A stretch of DNA of 63,984 nucleotides, filler included, from Octopus bimaculoides (GCF_001194135.2; 8 parts of 6 records of this genome joined end to end with filler, not necessarily neighbours in it); one strand, 5' to 3'. Shown: positions 37,260-51,373, counted from the first letter of the whole stretch. The notes: generated by a model from the letters alone, not told the origin. Numbers and translations: made by a program.

Positions 37260-37450
37260 CAGTTCTATATTTAAGAGATGAGGAATTATGTACATTATTT
37301 ACATTATTTACATTTGACGGATATTTGTCCTCATCTTGTTTGTTGTTAACACAACGTTTTGGCTGATATACCCTCCAGCCTTCATATGGGGTCTTGGGGA
37401 AAGTTTGAACCTGGGTTCTCATTCGTAAGGTATTTTTCGATGTTGTTATT
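37260..37450 (-). mobile_element. Inverted copy of the hammerhead-motif tail abutting the head of the next element
   Basis: Near-identical to 2200-2343. The core is damaged (CATATGA, AAAAC). Confidence 0.8.
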
Positions 37451-37454
37451 ATGG

Positions 37455-37523
37455 GCATATAGTGTAGTGGTTAAGAGCGCAGACTACTAACCCCAAGATT
37501 CCGAGTTAGATTCCAAGCAGTGA

Positions 37524-37606
<83 letters not shown>

Positions 37607-38110
37607 CTGAGACCCACTTCGGTCATGACTGACCATAGGATTGCACCTAAAAAGTTACCCTTTCAGGCACAAGTCCGGGCAAGGTTGTTTATGGAAGATC
37701 AGCAGTCGCCCATGCATACCGGCCTCCCCTCTCCACGCCACAGTGTTATCCAAGGGAAAGGCAAACGCCGATACAGCTTGGCACCTGTGACGTCGAAACT
37801 CATTTCTACAGCTGAGTGAACTGGAGCAACGTGAAATAAAGTGCCTTGCTCAAGAACACAACACCCAGACTGTTCCGGGATTCGAACTCACAACCTCGAG
37901 ATCGTAAGTTCGACGCTCTAACCACTGAGCCATGCGCCGTTACTAATAATAATAATAGTAATAATAATATCGAAAAATACCTTAGAAATGAGAACCTAGG
38001 TTCGAAAATTCCCCAAGAGACCTGATGAAGGCTGGAGGGTATATCAGTCGAAAGGTTGTGTTAACAACAAACAAGATGAGGGCAAATATTCCTCAAATGT
38101 AAGTAACGTA
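37455..38110 (+). mobile_element. tRNA head, (AAT)n and hammerhead-motif tail, interrupted in the AAT tract by a family C SINE (37604-37938, minus)
   Basis: The head matches 2388-2455, and the tail 37969-38110 matches 2200-2343. Core CTGATGA at 38022-38028 and GAAA at 38050-38053. Confidence 0.8.
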
Positions 38111-40047
38111 AATTGCTTAATACCTTTTCACATTTTTCCGGCCTCATGCAGAATGTCTATTGAGTTTGTAAAGACGGAAGAAATGCCTGTTAACATTTTC
38201 CCGCCGTGCTGACGATCCTGCCAGCTCGTTTCAAATTTTGACTCTGAGCCATCAGTTTTTGACGGGAGAGAAAAAGTCAATTGCATATCAACTGTTCCCT
38301 TTCTAAGTGAATTCAAAACGATGAAAGCAAAGTCAGTCACGATGAAGTTTGAAACAGAGAATAAAGAAGGGAATGAAACGCCGCTAAGCATTTTGTGGGC
38401 ACAACAGATTAGCCCATACTATGGGCACAAGTCCTTAGCTCAAACCATAGGCACAAGCCCTTGGTAATTCCATGACTACAAATTATTAGCTAAAACCATG
38501 GAAACATGTTCTTAGCCAAAATCTTAAGCACAAGCTCTTAATTCAAGATATGCTAATACAAAAATGTGAAACCTGCTGCAACAACAATGCCAAAAGCAAC
38601 AACAAATTAAACTACAAATTAATCAACCTGTATGTTAATTAGCAGCTCACAGAGATATGCAACTGAGGCCAGGTAGTTAATGATATTAAAGATTGGCAGT
38701 GTTTGGGAGGTCGATTGGGAGAGAAGAGTGAAGGGAGGAGTCAGAGGGAAAGAGAGAGAGAAAGAAGGGGAAAAGACCGAGAAGCTTTGAAGATGTAGGT
38801 GTTGAGGAGACAGAGAAATAAATAAGAAAGAATTTGAGAGAATTAGGAGAGGGATTAAAAGTGAAAGTAGCAGTGTTGAACCTTGAGTGCAAAGTGGGAG
38901 GAGAGGAAAGACAGACAGAAGGAGTAAGACGAGTACAAATAGAATGCATGCGGGATAGAGAAAGAGAGAGAGAGAGAGGAGAGGAGGGACTAAGAGAAGG
39001 AAAGAGAGAAAGTGCGGGAAGGGGAGTCAATTAAGTGAGGGTTGAGAGAATGGAAAATTGAGAATTGCTGAGAAATAGAGAGGAAGAGAGATTGAACATG
39101 AAAGAAAGATCAGTAAGATGAGAAAGAGAAGCTATGACGCGAGCAGAAAAGGAAAGAAGAAGAAGAAGAAGAAGAAGAAGAAGAAGAAGAAGAAGAAGAA
39201 GAAGAAGAAGAAGAAGAAGAAGAAGAAGAAGAAGAAGAAGAAGAAGAAGATGGTGTTGATGATGATGGCAAGGAGGAAGATATGTATATTTTAAATATAG
39301 ATATATCTACTTGTTAATACATATCTATTCTATAATGGAGAAAGTTGCCTATTAATTAGGTATGTAACAACTACTAAAAGTACTAAACGAAAGCAATTTT
39401 TAAATGGTTGACCGTCTGGAAATATTTTTATAAATTCATGTCCTAAGAAATTTCCTATAATTACGATTTCTCAAGTTCATCTCGCAAATTTAATATTCAC
39501 AGCGTCCAAATCATCACAAATTTAAATATTCGCTGCATTCACTACGGAGTATTCCATTTTCATTTGCATTGTGTATACTTACATATATACCCATGTATGT
39601 ATGTATGTGAGAATAATATAATAAACTCTAGACATGAAAAAACTTGAAAATGCATGCATATGAGAAAACTTAACTGTGCTCAATATAAATGAGTTATGAA
39701 TATTTAACGATTTTTTTTGGATTAATTGACTATAAGGAATAAACGAGTAATTATCCAATCAATACATGGAATTGAAAATTAACGTACAACTCCACATCAT
39801 TGAACGCAAAGAAGGTCAACATAAAATTTTAACCAGTTAAATCTCAAAGGATATTAAAGTGAAGATCCTGAAAAAACTGCAGCGGTATTATAGTAAGTTC
39901 GCAATTGCAACGGTTAGTAAGCGAAGCAGTCGAAACGTGTGTGAGTTTATTTGAGGCTGTATTTATACATAAAATGAATTAAAGGTAATAAATAATAATA
40001 CTTGTTCGTCACAATCTTTATTATTATTATTTTTTTTATTATTATTA

Positions 40048-40111
<64 letters not shown>

Positions 40112-40112
<1 letters not shown>

Positions 40113-40558
40113 TTATGTTTGACTTTTGCTTTATATTTGTACAAGTTGGCTCCAAGTCTCACCCAGAAACCTTCAAGAGACAACAAGTTAGAAGTTCATG
40201 TTGGTGCCATATATTTGGTTCTGTACATAGTGTTGTTCTAAAGAATGTTTACGAAACTATAAGAAAATTATGTGCTTGTTTTAAAATTGTAGATTACATA
40301 GAAAGTATTTTGCGTAGGATATAAGCAGTACCCATGAGCACTATCTTTTGAATTTCTGCCATTTTGGGGTTTCATGGTATCTGAGCTAGGTAGTAATCAG
40401 CCCCTTTTGCTATCATTCCTAGGGCACCTATGACAACAGGTATTGTTTTAGTCTTCAGGCTCCACATTTTGCTAATTTTTATTTCAAGATCTTTATACTT
40501 GCTCAGTTTTTGGTAGGTCTTGACAGATACGTTTATATAGATTGGGACAGTCGTATCA

Positions 40559-40560
<2 letters not shown>
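40112..40560 (-). mobile_element. 5'-truncated R4/Dong-like non-LTR element (RLE C-terminus 40560-40294 plus 3'UTR) between (AAT)n tracts
   Basis: IDTTVP...KLSKYKDLEIKISKMWSLKTKTIPVVIGALG...IQKIVLMGTAYILRKIL*, with (TTA)n on both sides. Confidence 0.85.
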
Positions 40561-40612
<52 letters not shown>

Positions 40613-40849
40613 GTTGTTGTTGTTGTTGTTGTTATTATTATTATTATGTATATATGTATATATGTATATATCTACACATGTGTATGTATTTATATATGCA
40701 TGTATATATATACAAACACACACATATATGTGTGCATGTATGTATTTATTTATTTATTTATGTGTTTCAGCCAAGTGGCTGCGGTCATGCTGGTGTATAT
40801 ATTTAAAAGTCTGAGTCAAACGTTCTTCGTCTGTCAAGGATTAAATAAG

Positions 40850-41720
40850 CCAAACATATACACGAGAAGCTTTTATTCATCAGAAAATATATCCTATTTT
40901 CTGTCGCAATCGTTGTGCTTCTTGTCAATTTCACGCTTATACCAGTTGGCTGGTTTTTAGACAAAAAATAAACAGCCTGCGTCTAATTTCAACATTATTG
41001 AACCTACCTCCGTGATGCGAACCAGCACTTCCGGACCCTCAGGTTTCTCAAATTTTCTCTTAATCACGTTGACAGAATATGCTGGGGCATTATTATGCTA
41101 CTGAGTACGCATCTTCGATTGAACAATTCCGGGTACTGGGCTTTCAAAACATATACATGCTACAGTTTTTGAGGTTAGCACTCACAACATGACCATCTGG
41201 GCCAAGCTCCAAGTGCAACACCCCTTCGAAATTCCACCAAACACACAGTATGATATTCTGTTCAAACCGTCCTCGTTTGACAACATTTTCTGAACTCTGG
41301 CTGAAACAAGACCACTGCTTTCTATTATTAGATTTACGAAAATAGATACATTTCTCATCTCCAGTTACAATATAACGCCATTATCAGTTTACGAGGAGCT
41401 TCTCAACAGTATCTTTTCACAAAGCAAAGCTTTATGGAGGTGTCAACCCATGGTGCTTCGTAAAGGACCAAGTTCTGCCAACAATGTACGAGTGACTGTG
41501 TTTGGCTGTTTGTCAACCATTTGAAGCAAGGTTTCATCTTCCACATTACAAGGTTTCCCCCTCTCTCTTTCTCTCACCTTGGTTTCTCTTCGGGTCTGTA
41601 ACCACATTCCTTGAAACATCTGAACCAGTTTGTGTCACAGGTTCGTTGAGAGTTCTTGGGGCTGCAACACAATTAATTTCTTTCGCCTCATTGTTCCGCT
41701 CTCAATCCCACCGTGAGGCA
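40850..41720 (-). mobile_element. Highly degenerate mariner transposase
   Basis: Fragments IVTGDEK, NNRKQW, ILCVWWNFEGV and NRRCVL..HNNAPA, with many stops. Confidence 0.7.
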
Positions 41721-42000
41721 ACTTGACCAAGCGCCTTCTACTACATCATCGGGCTTATATTAGAGGACACTTGTGAGTGGATTTGGGAGACGGAAACTGG
41801 AAGAAGCCCGTCGTCTACATTTACGCGCGCGTGTTTGAGTTTGCACATGATTTTGTGAATGCGTATGCGTGCGTGTGTGCGTGCGTGTGTGCATGCGTTT
41901 GTGCGTGTGACTGTGTGTTTGTGTGTCTGTGATTCGACTAAAGTTTTTCAAGGTGATGCCCCAGCATGGTCGCATTCTCGTGACTGAAACAAGTAAAACA
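41720..42000 (+). mobile_element. SINE family A, partial
   Basis: TGTGAGTGGATTTGG..GACGGAAACTG..AGAAGCCCGTCG...GACTGAAACAAGTAAAA. Confidence 0.7.
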
Positions 42001-42086
42001 TAAAACAATAAAATATAAGTGAAATATTTAATGATTAAAATTGCACAAAGATTGAACAAGAAGAGAGAAAGAGAGAGAGAGAGAGA

Positions 42087-42158
42087 GATATTGAGGGAGA
42101 GAGAGATATTGAGGGAGAGAGAGATATTGAGGGAGAGAGAGATATTGAGGGAGAGAGA
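42087..42158 (+). repeat. 18-bp tandem repeat GATATTGAGGGAGAGAGA x4
   Basis: Visible directly in the sequence. Confidence 0.9.
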
Positions 42159-42448
42159 GAAACCTGTATGACTTCGAATCTATGAGAATTAAAATGAACA
42201 TATTAATGAATATCACTCTTACCTCATAAATAAAATATCCAATAATTAGCACAAGCTACCTGGAGGAACATCGAGACGGGACCAATCATTTATTCACCTG
42301 CCGTTTGAAATTGTGATGGATACACGTTTAGCCATGATATACGAATGGTTTGGTTAATAAATCAAGCAGGCAAAAACGGACATTTGTAACTCCGTGCCCA
42401 TTTTACTAATAGGAAGGAAAAAATAATAACAACAATAATAATAATCAT

Positions 42449-42494
<46 letters not shown>

Positions 42495-42718
42495 GTAATG
42501 ATGATGATGATCATGATGATGATGATGATGATGATGATAGACTGTTGGTTGTATATATATACTTCAAATTGTTCTTCCAGGAGAATGTGATATATTCCGA
42601 TACGTAAACACATAGAAACACATGTGCTGTGGAGTTAGAAGCAAGTGAACGATGTACGTGGAAATTTAGTTTCAATTTCTCTCTCTCTTCCATATGTCTT
42701 ACTATATACATACATATA

Positions 42719-42777
<59 letters not shown>

Positions 42778-42930
42778 ATATATACATATGTATATATGCA
42801 TATATATATATATACATATATATATATATTCATATATACATACATATACATATACATATATATATATGTATGTATGTGTATATGCATACGTGTATATATG
42901 AATGCAAGCATATATACATACACATATGTA

Positions 42931-43001
<71 letters not shown>

Positions 43002-43446
43002 GTTTTGGGAATTAAGAAAGTTTCGAGACAGGAGAAAAAGTATGAAGACAGCACTAGAAATTCGTGTAAAATCTCCGCTCTAGACGGAAAAATGTATCCA
43101 AAATTCGCTAAAGAGAGCCGCTCTCTTGTCCGTTTGAAAGATGTGTGCATATATGTGTGTGTGTGTGTGGAGAAAGATAAGGAGACAGGGAGAGAGATCG
43201 CGCAAGATAAAGAATAGGAAAAATAAGAGAGAGAATCGATTAAATATTGATAGATAGATAGATAGATACATACATACATACATGGATGGATAGATAGTTA
43301 TATATTTGTGTGTGTGTGTGTGTGTATACACACACATACATATACATTTAGACACACAAGGACACAAAGACTTTTGACCACCTACACAGTGACAAAAACA
43401 AACACAAAGATACAGAAAAGCTCACGTGACCATAGATGTGTGTGTT

Positions 43447-43488
<42 letters not shown>

Positions 43489-44263
43489 TACATACATACA
43501 TACATTCATACATATATACGCGGAGCAACTAACATGAGAGGTAGAAGTATATATATTTGCTAATCTCCAGCAGATTACAGTAATATGAAACGTCACTTTC
43601 AATATGGAAGTTTTAATATGATTGAACGTAATCGGAACTCTTCTTCAGCACACCATTGAAAACAACGAATAATGGAGGTAGGAGCCGGCGTTTAAACATC
43701 AGTATTTTTCAGTTGTTTTGTTGATTGGTATTTTGTCGGTATAATTTATTGGGTTTCCATTTTTTTCCCCTTTTTACTTCCTTTTCCTTTTCTTTCTTTA
43801 TTTTGTTGTTGTTTTGGTTACTTGTTTTGCTTGTGTTTTTATTTTCTTTTCTTCTTCCGTTCTTTTAGAAACAGTCAAAAATACCATAAATACCATTATA
43901 TTAAGAGTGGAAATATATCTCCGCAGTTTCACTCCTCACACCTTCCAATACACACAAACAAACAAACAAACAATGAAACAAACAAACACACACACACGGA
44001 AACAGAGAAACAAACAAACAACCAAACAAACAAACACACAAATCACACACACGCATACACACTCTTTCTGATACTTTTTCTTCCTCTTTCTTTTTCTATC
44101 ATTCCCCTCACCCCGTTACTAATCCTCTTCTCCATGCATAGTATGTTCAGACACCACATACACATACACAGACATCCACAAGAATATATATGTGCGTGTG
44201 TGTGTGTGTGTGTGTGTGTATGTGCATGTGTGTATATAATTTACACTATTTCGTCAGATTATT

Positions 44264-44354
<91 letters not shown>

Positions 44355-44702
44355 TACACGTGTATAAGGGATGACCACTAGGTGGATATCCAATATGCTG
44401 GAAAGAGGTCATCAACGACCCAACCACAAAGAAAAAATGTTCTCCAGAAAAATTTCGCAAAACACCAGAACAGGACAAAATTAGAAATATACAGAATAAA
44501 GAATTAGCTGTGTACTGCAGTTTCGAACATTAACGTTTTACTTACGTAACAACATCCGTGTTTTCATCAGAACAGCCGTTCTAGAATCAATATAATTTGC
44601 AGAACTATACACAAATTGTTTTCATGAAATAAGACTTGCATACAGTTCTACCGATTACATTGGGGCTAATATATATACATATATATATATTTATACTTAG
44701 AT

Positions 44703-44743
<41 letters not shown>

Positions 44744-44902
44744 TATGAGTGTGTGTGGATGTATGTGTGTGTGTGCGTTTGTGTGTGTGTCATATGTGAC
44801 CGTCGGAGAAAGACTACTCGGTCGCATAGTAGAGAATATCCATTGTCTTGCCCCTTTGAGTTTCACCTGTTAGTGTAGATAATATTAAGATTCAACTAAA
44901 AT

Positions 44903-44940
<38 letters not shown>

Positions 44941-47133
44941 GTTTATATGCATATATATATATATATATTATATACTCATACATATATAAAAATTAGTAGA
45001 ACGGATTTGGTTGAGCATGTCTACAGATTTGCCCGTTTGTTTTCCAGGGATAGGCCAAATTGATGTTGACACCGCTGAGGAAAAGCCAATAAAGATTGAA
45101 AATTGATTATGGATGTTCATAATCATTTTCACTCAACGGAGAAATGCTTAAATTTGGCCTTTTTATACATATACTTCACAAGTTTTATATACATATATAT
45201 ATGTATGAATATATATATATGTGTGTATGTGAATGTATATATATATATATATATATATATATNNNNNNNNNNNNNNNNNNNNNNNNNNNNNNNNNNNNNN
45301 NNNNNNNNNNNNNNNNNNNNNNNNNNNNNNNNNNNNNNNNNNNNNNNNNNNNNNNNNNNNNNNNNNNNNNNNNNNNNNNNNNNNNNNNNNNNNNNNNNNN
45401 NNNNNNNNNNNNNNNNNNNNNNNNNNNNNNNNNNNNNNNNNNNNNNNNNNNNNNNNNNNNNNNNNNNNNNNNNNNNNNNNNNNNNNNNNNNNNNNNNNNN
45501 NNNNNNNNNNNNNNNNNNNNNNNNNNNNNNNNNNNNNNNNNNNNNNNNNNNNNNNNNNNNNNNNNNNNNNNNNNNNNNNNNNNNNNNNNNNNNNNNNNNN
45601 NNNNNNNNNNNNNNNNNNNNNNNNNNNNNNNNNNNNNNNNNNNNNNNNNNNNNNNNNNNNNNNNNNNNNNNNNNNNNNNNNNNNNNNNNNNNNNNNNNNN
45701 NNNNNNNNNNNNNNNNNNNNNNNNNNNNNNNNNNNNNNNNNNNNNNNNNNNNNNNNNNNNNNNNNNNNNNNNNNNNNNNNNNNNNNNNNNNNNNNNNNNN
45801 NNNNNNNNNNNNNNNNNNNNNNNNNNNNNNNNNNNNNNNNNNNNNNNNNNNNNNNNNNNNNNNNNNNNNNNNNNNNNNNNNNNNNNNNNNNNNNNNNNNN
45901 NNNNNNNNNNNNNNNNNNNNNNNNNNNNNNNNNNNNNNNNNNNNNNNNNNNNNNNNNNNNNNNNNNNNNNNNNNNNNNNNNNNNNNNNNNNNNNNNNNNN
46001 NNNNNNNNNNNNNNNNNNNNNNNNNNNNNNNNNNNNNNNNNNNNNNNNNNNNNNNNNNNNNNNNNNNNNNNNNNNNNNNNNNNNNNNNNNNNNNNNNNNN
46101 NNNNNNNNNNNNNNNNNNNNNNNNNNNNNNNNNNNNNNNNNNNNNNNNNNNNNTATATATATATATATATGTATGTATGTATGTATTTATGTATATATAT
46201 ATGTATGTCAGCATGTATGTATATGTATATATAGATGATGATGGATTCCTTCGTCGTGAACAACAAATGAGAATTCAGTAAAATAAAACATTGATCATGT
46301 TCTATGGATACGTATGTGTCTCTTGAGGTCTGCTGGTGCTTTGCAAACCCATTGGCAAATGGGACAAGTTGAGGCCAGTTTACTTGAGTGCTTGCGGATT
46401 ATTTACTATGTGTTTCCTTGAGTGGATGCCTAGGAATGCTTTGCTTTGTGCCATAAAACCGCAATGACAGGTAAGGTTATATTTTTCATTTTGTGTGATG
46501 TCCCAAGTTGAGTTGGTTACAAGTCACATGTAGCAGTCATAAACGATATGACAGGGATGAGAAACTCATTAAGTTAAAGGCCACTCATACACTGTATACA
46601 TAAGCTTGGCCCTGCTATTTCTCATGGACGGCGATAGTTCTTCCCGCAGTCATCTACGAATTAGTGACTCTTAGGCAGAAAACACAGGGTTTGCGCTGTA
46701 GTTTGACTCGTCTTCAACAATAAGCAGACACAATAGTTTAAGTCAGCAGCGAATAATAAGGGAGAGAATGTATCCATGTATTACTACACTTAGCCTTTGT
46801 TTGGGCATCACTCAAGGAGAAGGAAACTGTGATCTAGAATCTGCGACTCAGTGGCAACCAATGATGATCACAAGTGTATCTAACACCAGTGTTTAGAGAG
46901 CGGGATTGGACATGTGCCAAGGCTTCTCCACACTTTAGTAAGTATCATGAACAGGCATCGCTTAATGTACCAACATCGTTACCTTATACTCGATAATGAG
47001 GAAGCAGCAGTTTATATATATATATATATATATNNNNNNNNNNNNNNNNNNNNNNNNNNNNNNNNNNNNNNNNNNNNTTAATTAATTAANNNNNNNNNNN
47101 NNNNNNNNNNNNNNNNNNNNNNNNNNNNNNNNN

Positions 47134-47460
47134 TTCTACTATAGCCTCGGGCCGACCAAAGCCTTGTGAGTGGATTTGGTAGACGGAAACTGAAAGAAGC
47201 CTGTCGTATATATGTGTATGTATATATATATATATATATGTGTGTATGTGTCTGTGTTTGTCCCCCCCCCCAACATCGCTTGACAACCGATGCTGGTGTG
47301 TTTACGTCCCCGTAACTTAGCGGCTCGGCCTAAGAGACCGATAGAATAAGTACTAGGCTTGCAAAGATTAAGTCCTGGGGGTCGATTTGCTCGACTAAAG
47401 GCGGTGCTCCAGCATGGCCGCAGTCAAATGACTGAAACAAGTAAAAGAGTAAAAGAGTCG
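47134..47460 (+). mobile_element. SINE family A (head lost in a gap)
   Basis: Canonical middle and tail motifs of family A. Confidence 0.85.
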
Positions 47461-47903
47461 AGCATAACAAATGTGTGTACCGAACGTCAGCTGCCGATTG
47501 GATATCACTATGGTTTTAGCACCTGGGCAACAGAAGCTTCTCGTGAAGAATATCTTACGATATCGTGAAGCGCTCTCATTGATTCCCATGGGCATTGGTA
47601 TATCATTCTTCATGAGATTGATATATGTAAATAGGTTTCGCGTTACGCGCCTCCACATTACAGAATGATTTTAAGAAGCGCAGCACTCGCATCATCTTAC
47701 TACACTAATGGAGCGACTTATTGGTTAATGTGCTCCCAGGTACATTATGCCAAGAAGGAAAGATACAGAGCAGGATAGTTATTCAAAGCTGATGGAGGAT
47801 CGTGGGTCTGCTTAATCATGGAGACATCTGAGACTAAATAACGCCGCCGTGCCCCTGCCACGACGAGGACGACAACCGCCACCACATCAAAACCAACAAC
47901 AAA

Positions 47904-47954
<51 letters not shown>

Positions 47955-48164
47955 GCAGCAGCAGCAGCAGTGGTAACTATTAATTTTGTCGCACACTCAT
48001 AAACAGCCCCACGTTTATATAAAATCATTGGCATGAAACCCATCATTAAAGATCTGATAACCGCTTATCTCCCTTGTTTTACTAACCGTCACTTCCCTTC
48101 TGTTACGATTTACACTGCAGTCTCACTCTTTCCTGCTTCAATCCATACCCACTTTTTCTTTAAA

Positions 48165-48655
48165 AATCTTCTTCTTCTTCGTTCTTCTTCTTCTTCTTTC
48201 TTGTTTGTCTTTTACTTCCTCTTTTTCCTTTTCACTTTCTTGTTTTCTTCTTTTCCTTCTCCTTCTTCCTCTTTTCTTCTTTTTCTCCTCTTTTTCCCCT
48301 CCTCCTGCTTCTTCTTGCTTTTCATCTTTTCTCATCTTCTCCGTCTTTCCTTCTTTTCCTCCTCCGCCTCCTCCTCTTCCTCATTCTTCTTCTTTTCTTC
48401 CTCCTTTTTCATCTTCCTTTTCTCTTTCCTCTTCTTTTCCTCCTCCTCCTCTTCTTTTCCTCCTCCTCCTCCTTCTTTTTCTCCTCATTTTCCTCCTCCT
48501 TCTTCTTTTCCTCCTCCTTCTTCTTTTCCTCCTCCTTCTTCTTTTCCTCCTCCTTCTTCTTTTCCTCCTCCTTCTTTTCCTCCTCCTCCTTCTTTTTCTC
48601 CTCATTTTCCTCCTCCTTCTTCTTTTCCTCCTCCTCCTTCTTTTCCTTCTTCTTC

Positions 48656-48700
<45 letters not shown>

Positions 48701-48754
48701 TTTCCTCTTCCTCTTCCTCTTATTGTCCCTTTCTTCCTTCATTCTTCTTCCTTC
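48165..48754. repeat. Homopyrimidine (CTT/CCT) tract with an internal higher-order unit of about 18 bp, running into a gap
   Basis: Almost entirely C/T on the plus strand. Confidence 0.9.
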
Positions 48755-49507
48755 NNNNNNNNNNNNNNNNNNNNNNNNNNNNNNNNNNNNNNNNNNNNNN
48801 NNNNNNNNNNNNNNNNNNNNNNNNNNNNNNNNNNNNNNNNNNNNNNNNNNNNNNNNNNNNNNNNNNNNNNNNNNNNNNNNNNNNNNNNNNNNNNNNNNNN
48901 NNNNNNNNNNNNNNNNNNNNNNNNNNNNNNNNNNNNNNNNNNNNNNNNNNNNNNNNNNNNNNNNNNNNNNNNNNNNNNNNTTTGCAAACAGATTAGATAT
49001 CCACAACAGCCACCACCACCAACACCACCACCAACACCACCACCAATACCAACACCACCACCACCACCACCACCACCACCAACACCGCCGCCGCCACCAC
49101 ATTACTACAATCACCACCATCCCCCCATTAATGCCACAACAAAAACGTTGCAACACGGAGTGGGATCTCTAAACGGTACATACTCCGGGCTAGAAATAGC
49201 AGCCAAAATAACCTTCAAATCACACCCTTCTGCAAGATATATTTGTGCGTAGGGGCTAGTATTTCAAATAGGGATCACATGAGCAAATGAGGCAGCGTCT
49301 ATGTAGTCACTTGACCTTACACAATGTAACAGATAAGTCTCCCCTTAACAAACTCTCCCCTTAACAAACTCTCCCCTATCTTTAACCCTTTAACATGTAA
49401 ATCACTCATATCCTGGTTCCAAATATTCTACCAGTTTTTTTAATGTTAAAACTGGCCAGATCTGTCCTCTCATACATACCCTACAATGTCATTCTAAAAA
49501 TAAACAG

Positions 49508-49680
49508 TCAGGAGTGGCTGTGTAGTAAGTAGCTTGCTTACCAACCACATGGTTCCGGGTTCAGTCCCACTGCGTGGCACCTTGGGTAAGTGTCTCCTAC
49601 TACATCCTCGGGACGACCAAACCCTTGTGAGTGGATTTGGTAGACGGAAATTGAAAGAAGCCCGTCGTATATATGTATAT
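49508..49680 (+). mobile_element. SINE family A, 5' half
   Basis: GGAGTGGCTGTGTAGTAAGTAGC...GGTTCAGTCCCACTGCGTGGC. Confidence 0.85.
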
Positions 49681-49799
49681 GTATATATATATGTATATNN
49701 NNNNNNNNNNNNNNNNNNNNNNNNNNNNNNNNNNNNNNNNNNTTAATTAATTAANNNNNNNNNNNNNNNNNNNNNNNNNNNNNNNNNNNNNNNNNNNNA

Positions 49800-49965
49800 T
49801 CTACCCTGGTACTATCAACTCGGATAGCTGGTCCCTCTATTGGGTCGACATACGGCAGGCTCTCTTCCTCCCATTCATTCTCTTTATTAAGCAATCTATC
49901 GTAGTGGCATCTCCAGACCTCTTTCTTTGCAGCCTCATTTAGTGCAAGCGTACCATCACCTCATT
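49800..49965 (-). mobile_element. RTE-clade LINE ORF fragment (region between EN and RT)
   Basis: GDGTLALNEAAKKEVWRCHYDRLLNKENEW...VDPIEGPAIRVD. Confidence 0.65.
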
Positions 49966-49970
49966 TAGTG

Positions 49971-50012
<42 letters not shown>

Positions 50013-50019
50013 TCAGCTT

Positions 50020-50420
50020 GTGAAGTCCTGTTGGGGCAAGCGAAAGCAAAATCGTGATGGCACCTGTGCCCAGCGTCGCCTTCCTGGCACTTATGCCGGT
50101 GGCATGTGTAAAGACATTCAAGCGAGATTGTGCCAGTGCCGTTGGACTGGCTCCTGTGCAGGTGGCATGCAAAATACACCATTTTGAGCATGGCCGTTGC
50201 CAGTACCACCTGACTGGCCTTCATGCCAGTGGCACGTAAAAGCACCCACTACACTCTCTGAGTGGTTGGCGTTAGGAAGGGCTTCCAGCTGTAGAAACTC
50301 TGCCAAATCAGATTGGAGCCTGGTGTAGCCATCTGGTTTACCAGTCCTCAGTCAAATCGTCCAACCCATGCTAGCATGGAAAGCGGACGTTAAACGATGA
50401 TGATGATGATGATGATAATA
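50020..50420 (+). mobile_element. Non-autonomous retroposon with an RTE-like 3' tail ending in (ATG)n
   Basis: ...CGTCCAACCCATGCTAGCATGGAAAGCGGACGTTAAACGATGATGATG (3' hairpin plus trinucleotide tail). Confidence 0.65.
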
Positions 50421-51119
50421 TTTACACACACACACACATTTGATAAAGAGATATTTATGCCTATAAGTATCTGTTTACTAAATATTTCTGTTGCTTAAAT
50501 TCTTTTCAGCTGGCATACATCATTAATCAATTGCTTTAAAAGGAAAAAAAAAAAGAAAAGTAAAGAATAGAATGAAGAAAGGAAAAAAGAAAAGAATGGA
50601 AAGAATAAATTCTATCCTCAAGGACACTGATGCTATTTGCACATCAGTAATGAAGTCCCATGCAACTACAGCACTTCTTATTGCTACAGTTACTATATCC
50701 TAAGATACCACAACAATAACTACTGTTAACAGTAACAGTCAAGAGGGGAACTTTTATATGATCGTTTGGCAGGCTAGAAAAAGTAGCCAAATCTCCTTCA
50801 AATGACATCCTGTCTTCTCACATAACGAAAGGACACATTGAATAATATTATACATAGACAGGAAGAAAAAAGATAAGATGGTCATGGCTGGAATGCCTTT
50901 TGATCATAGGTTTGCTCAGCTGATGTTACACTGTGTCAAAAGCAACAACTGCAGCAGTAGCAGCAGCAACAGTAACATAAACAACAACAATAACAATATG
51001 AGCAGTTATAATATTATGGATCAATGATGGTGCCTCTAAGTGGTCATGGTGGAAACAGTAAAGAGTGATTTGAGGAAAATTTGGTTACTATTCTTTGCAT
51101 GCTGAGAATCTGCATAGTT

Positions 51120-51373
51120 CAGGGGTTTTCAAACTTTTTGACTTGCGGACCCCTTTATATTTCAGGCTAAACGCTTATGAAATTTATACATAAATATTTG
51201 CTTAAAATAACATATATTTTTACATTTGTTTATTTAACAGTATTTAACAAATAGGTTTATTGTCAATTAAAAGATTTCGATTAAAAACCATATATAAAAT
51301 CAAATTGCCCATAAAAAGTATTTGCTGTTCACGGACCCCCTGTGGTCTTCGGACCACAGTTTGAAAACCACTG
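51120..51373. mobile_element. hAT (Charlie-like) MITE
   Basis: TIRs CAGGGGTTTTCAAAC / GTTTGAAAACCACTG. Degenerate 8-bp TSD GCATAGTT / CCTTAGTT. Confidence 0.8.

Noticed and set aside
47471-47668. Unique-looking ORFs on both strands
   Set aside because: Short, with no recognisable motif or convincing splice sites.
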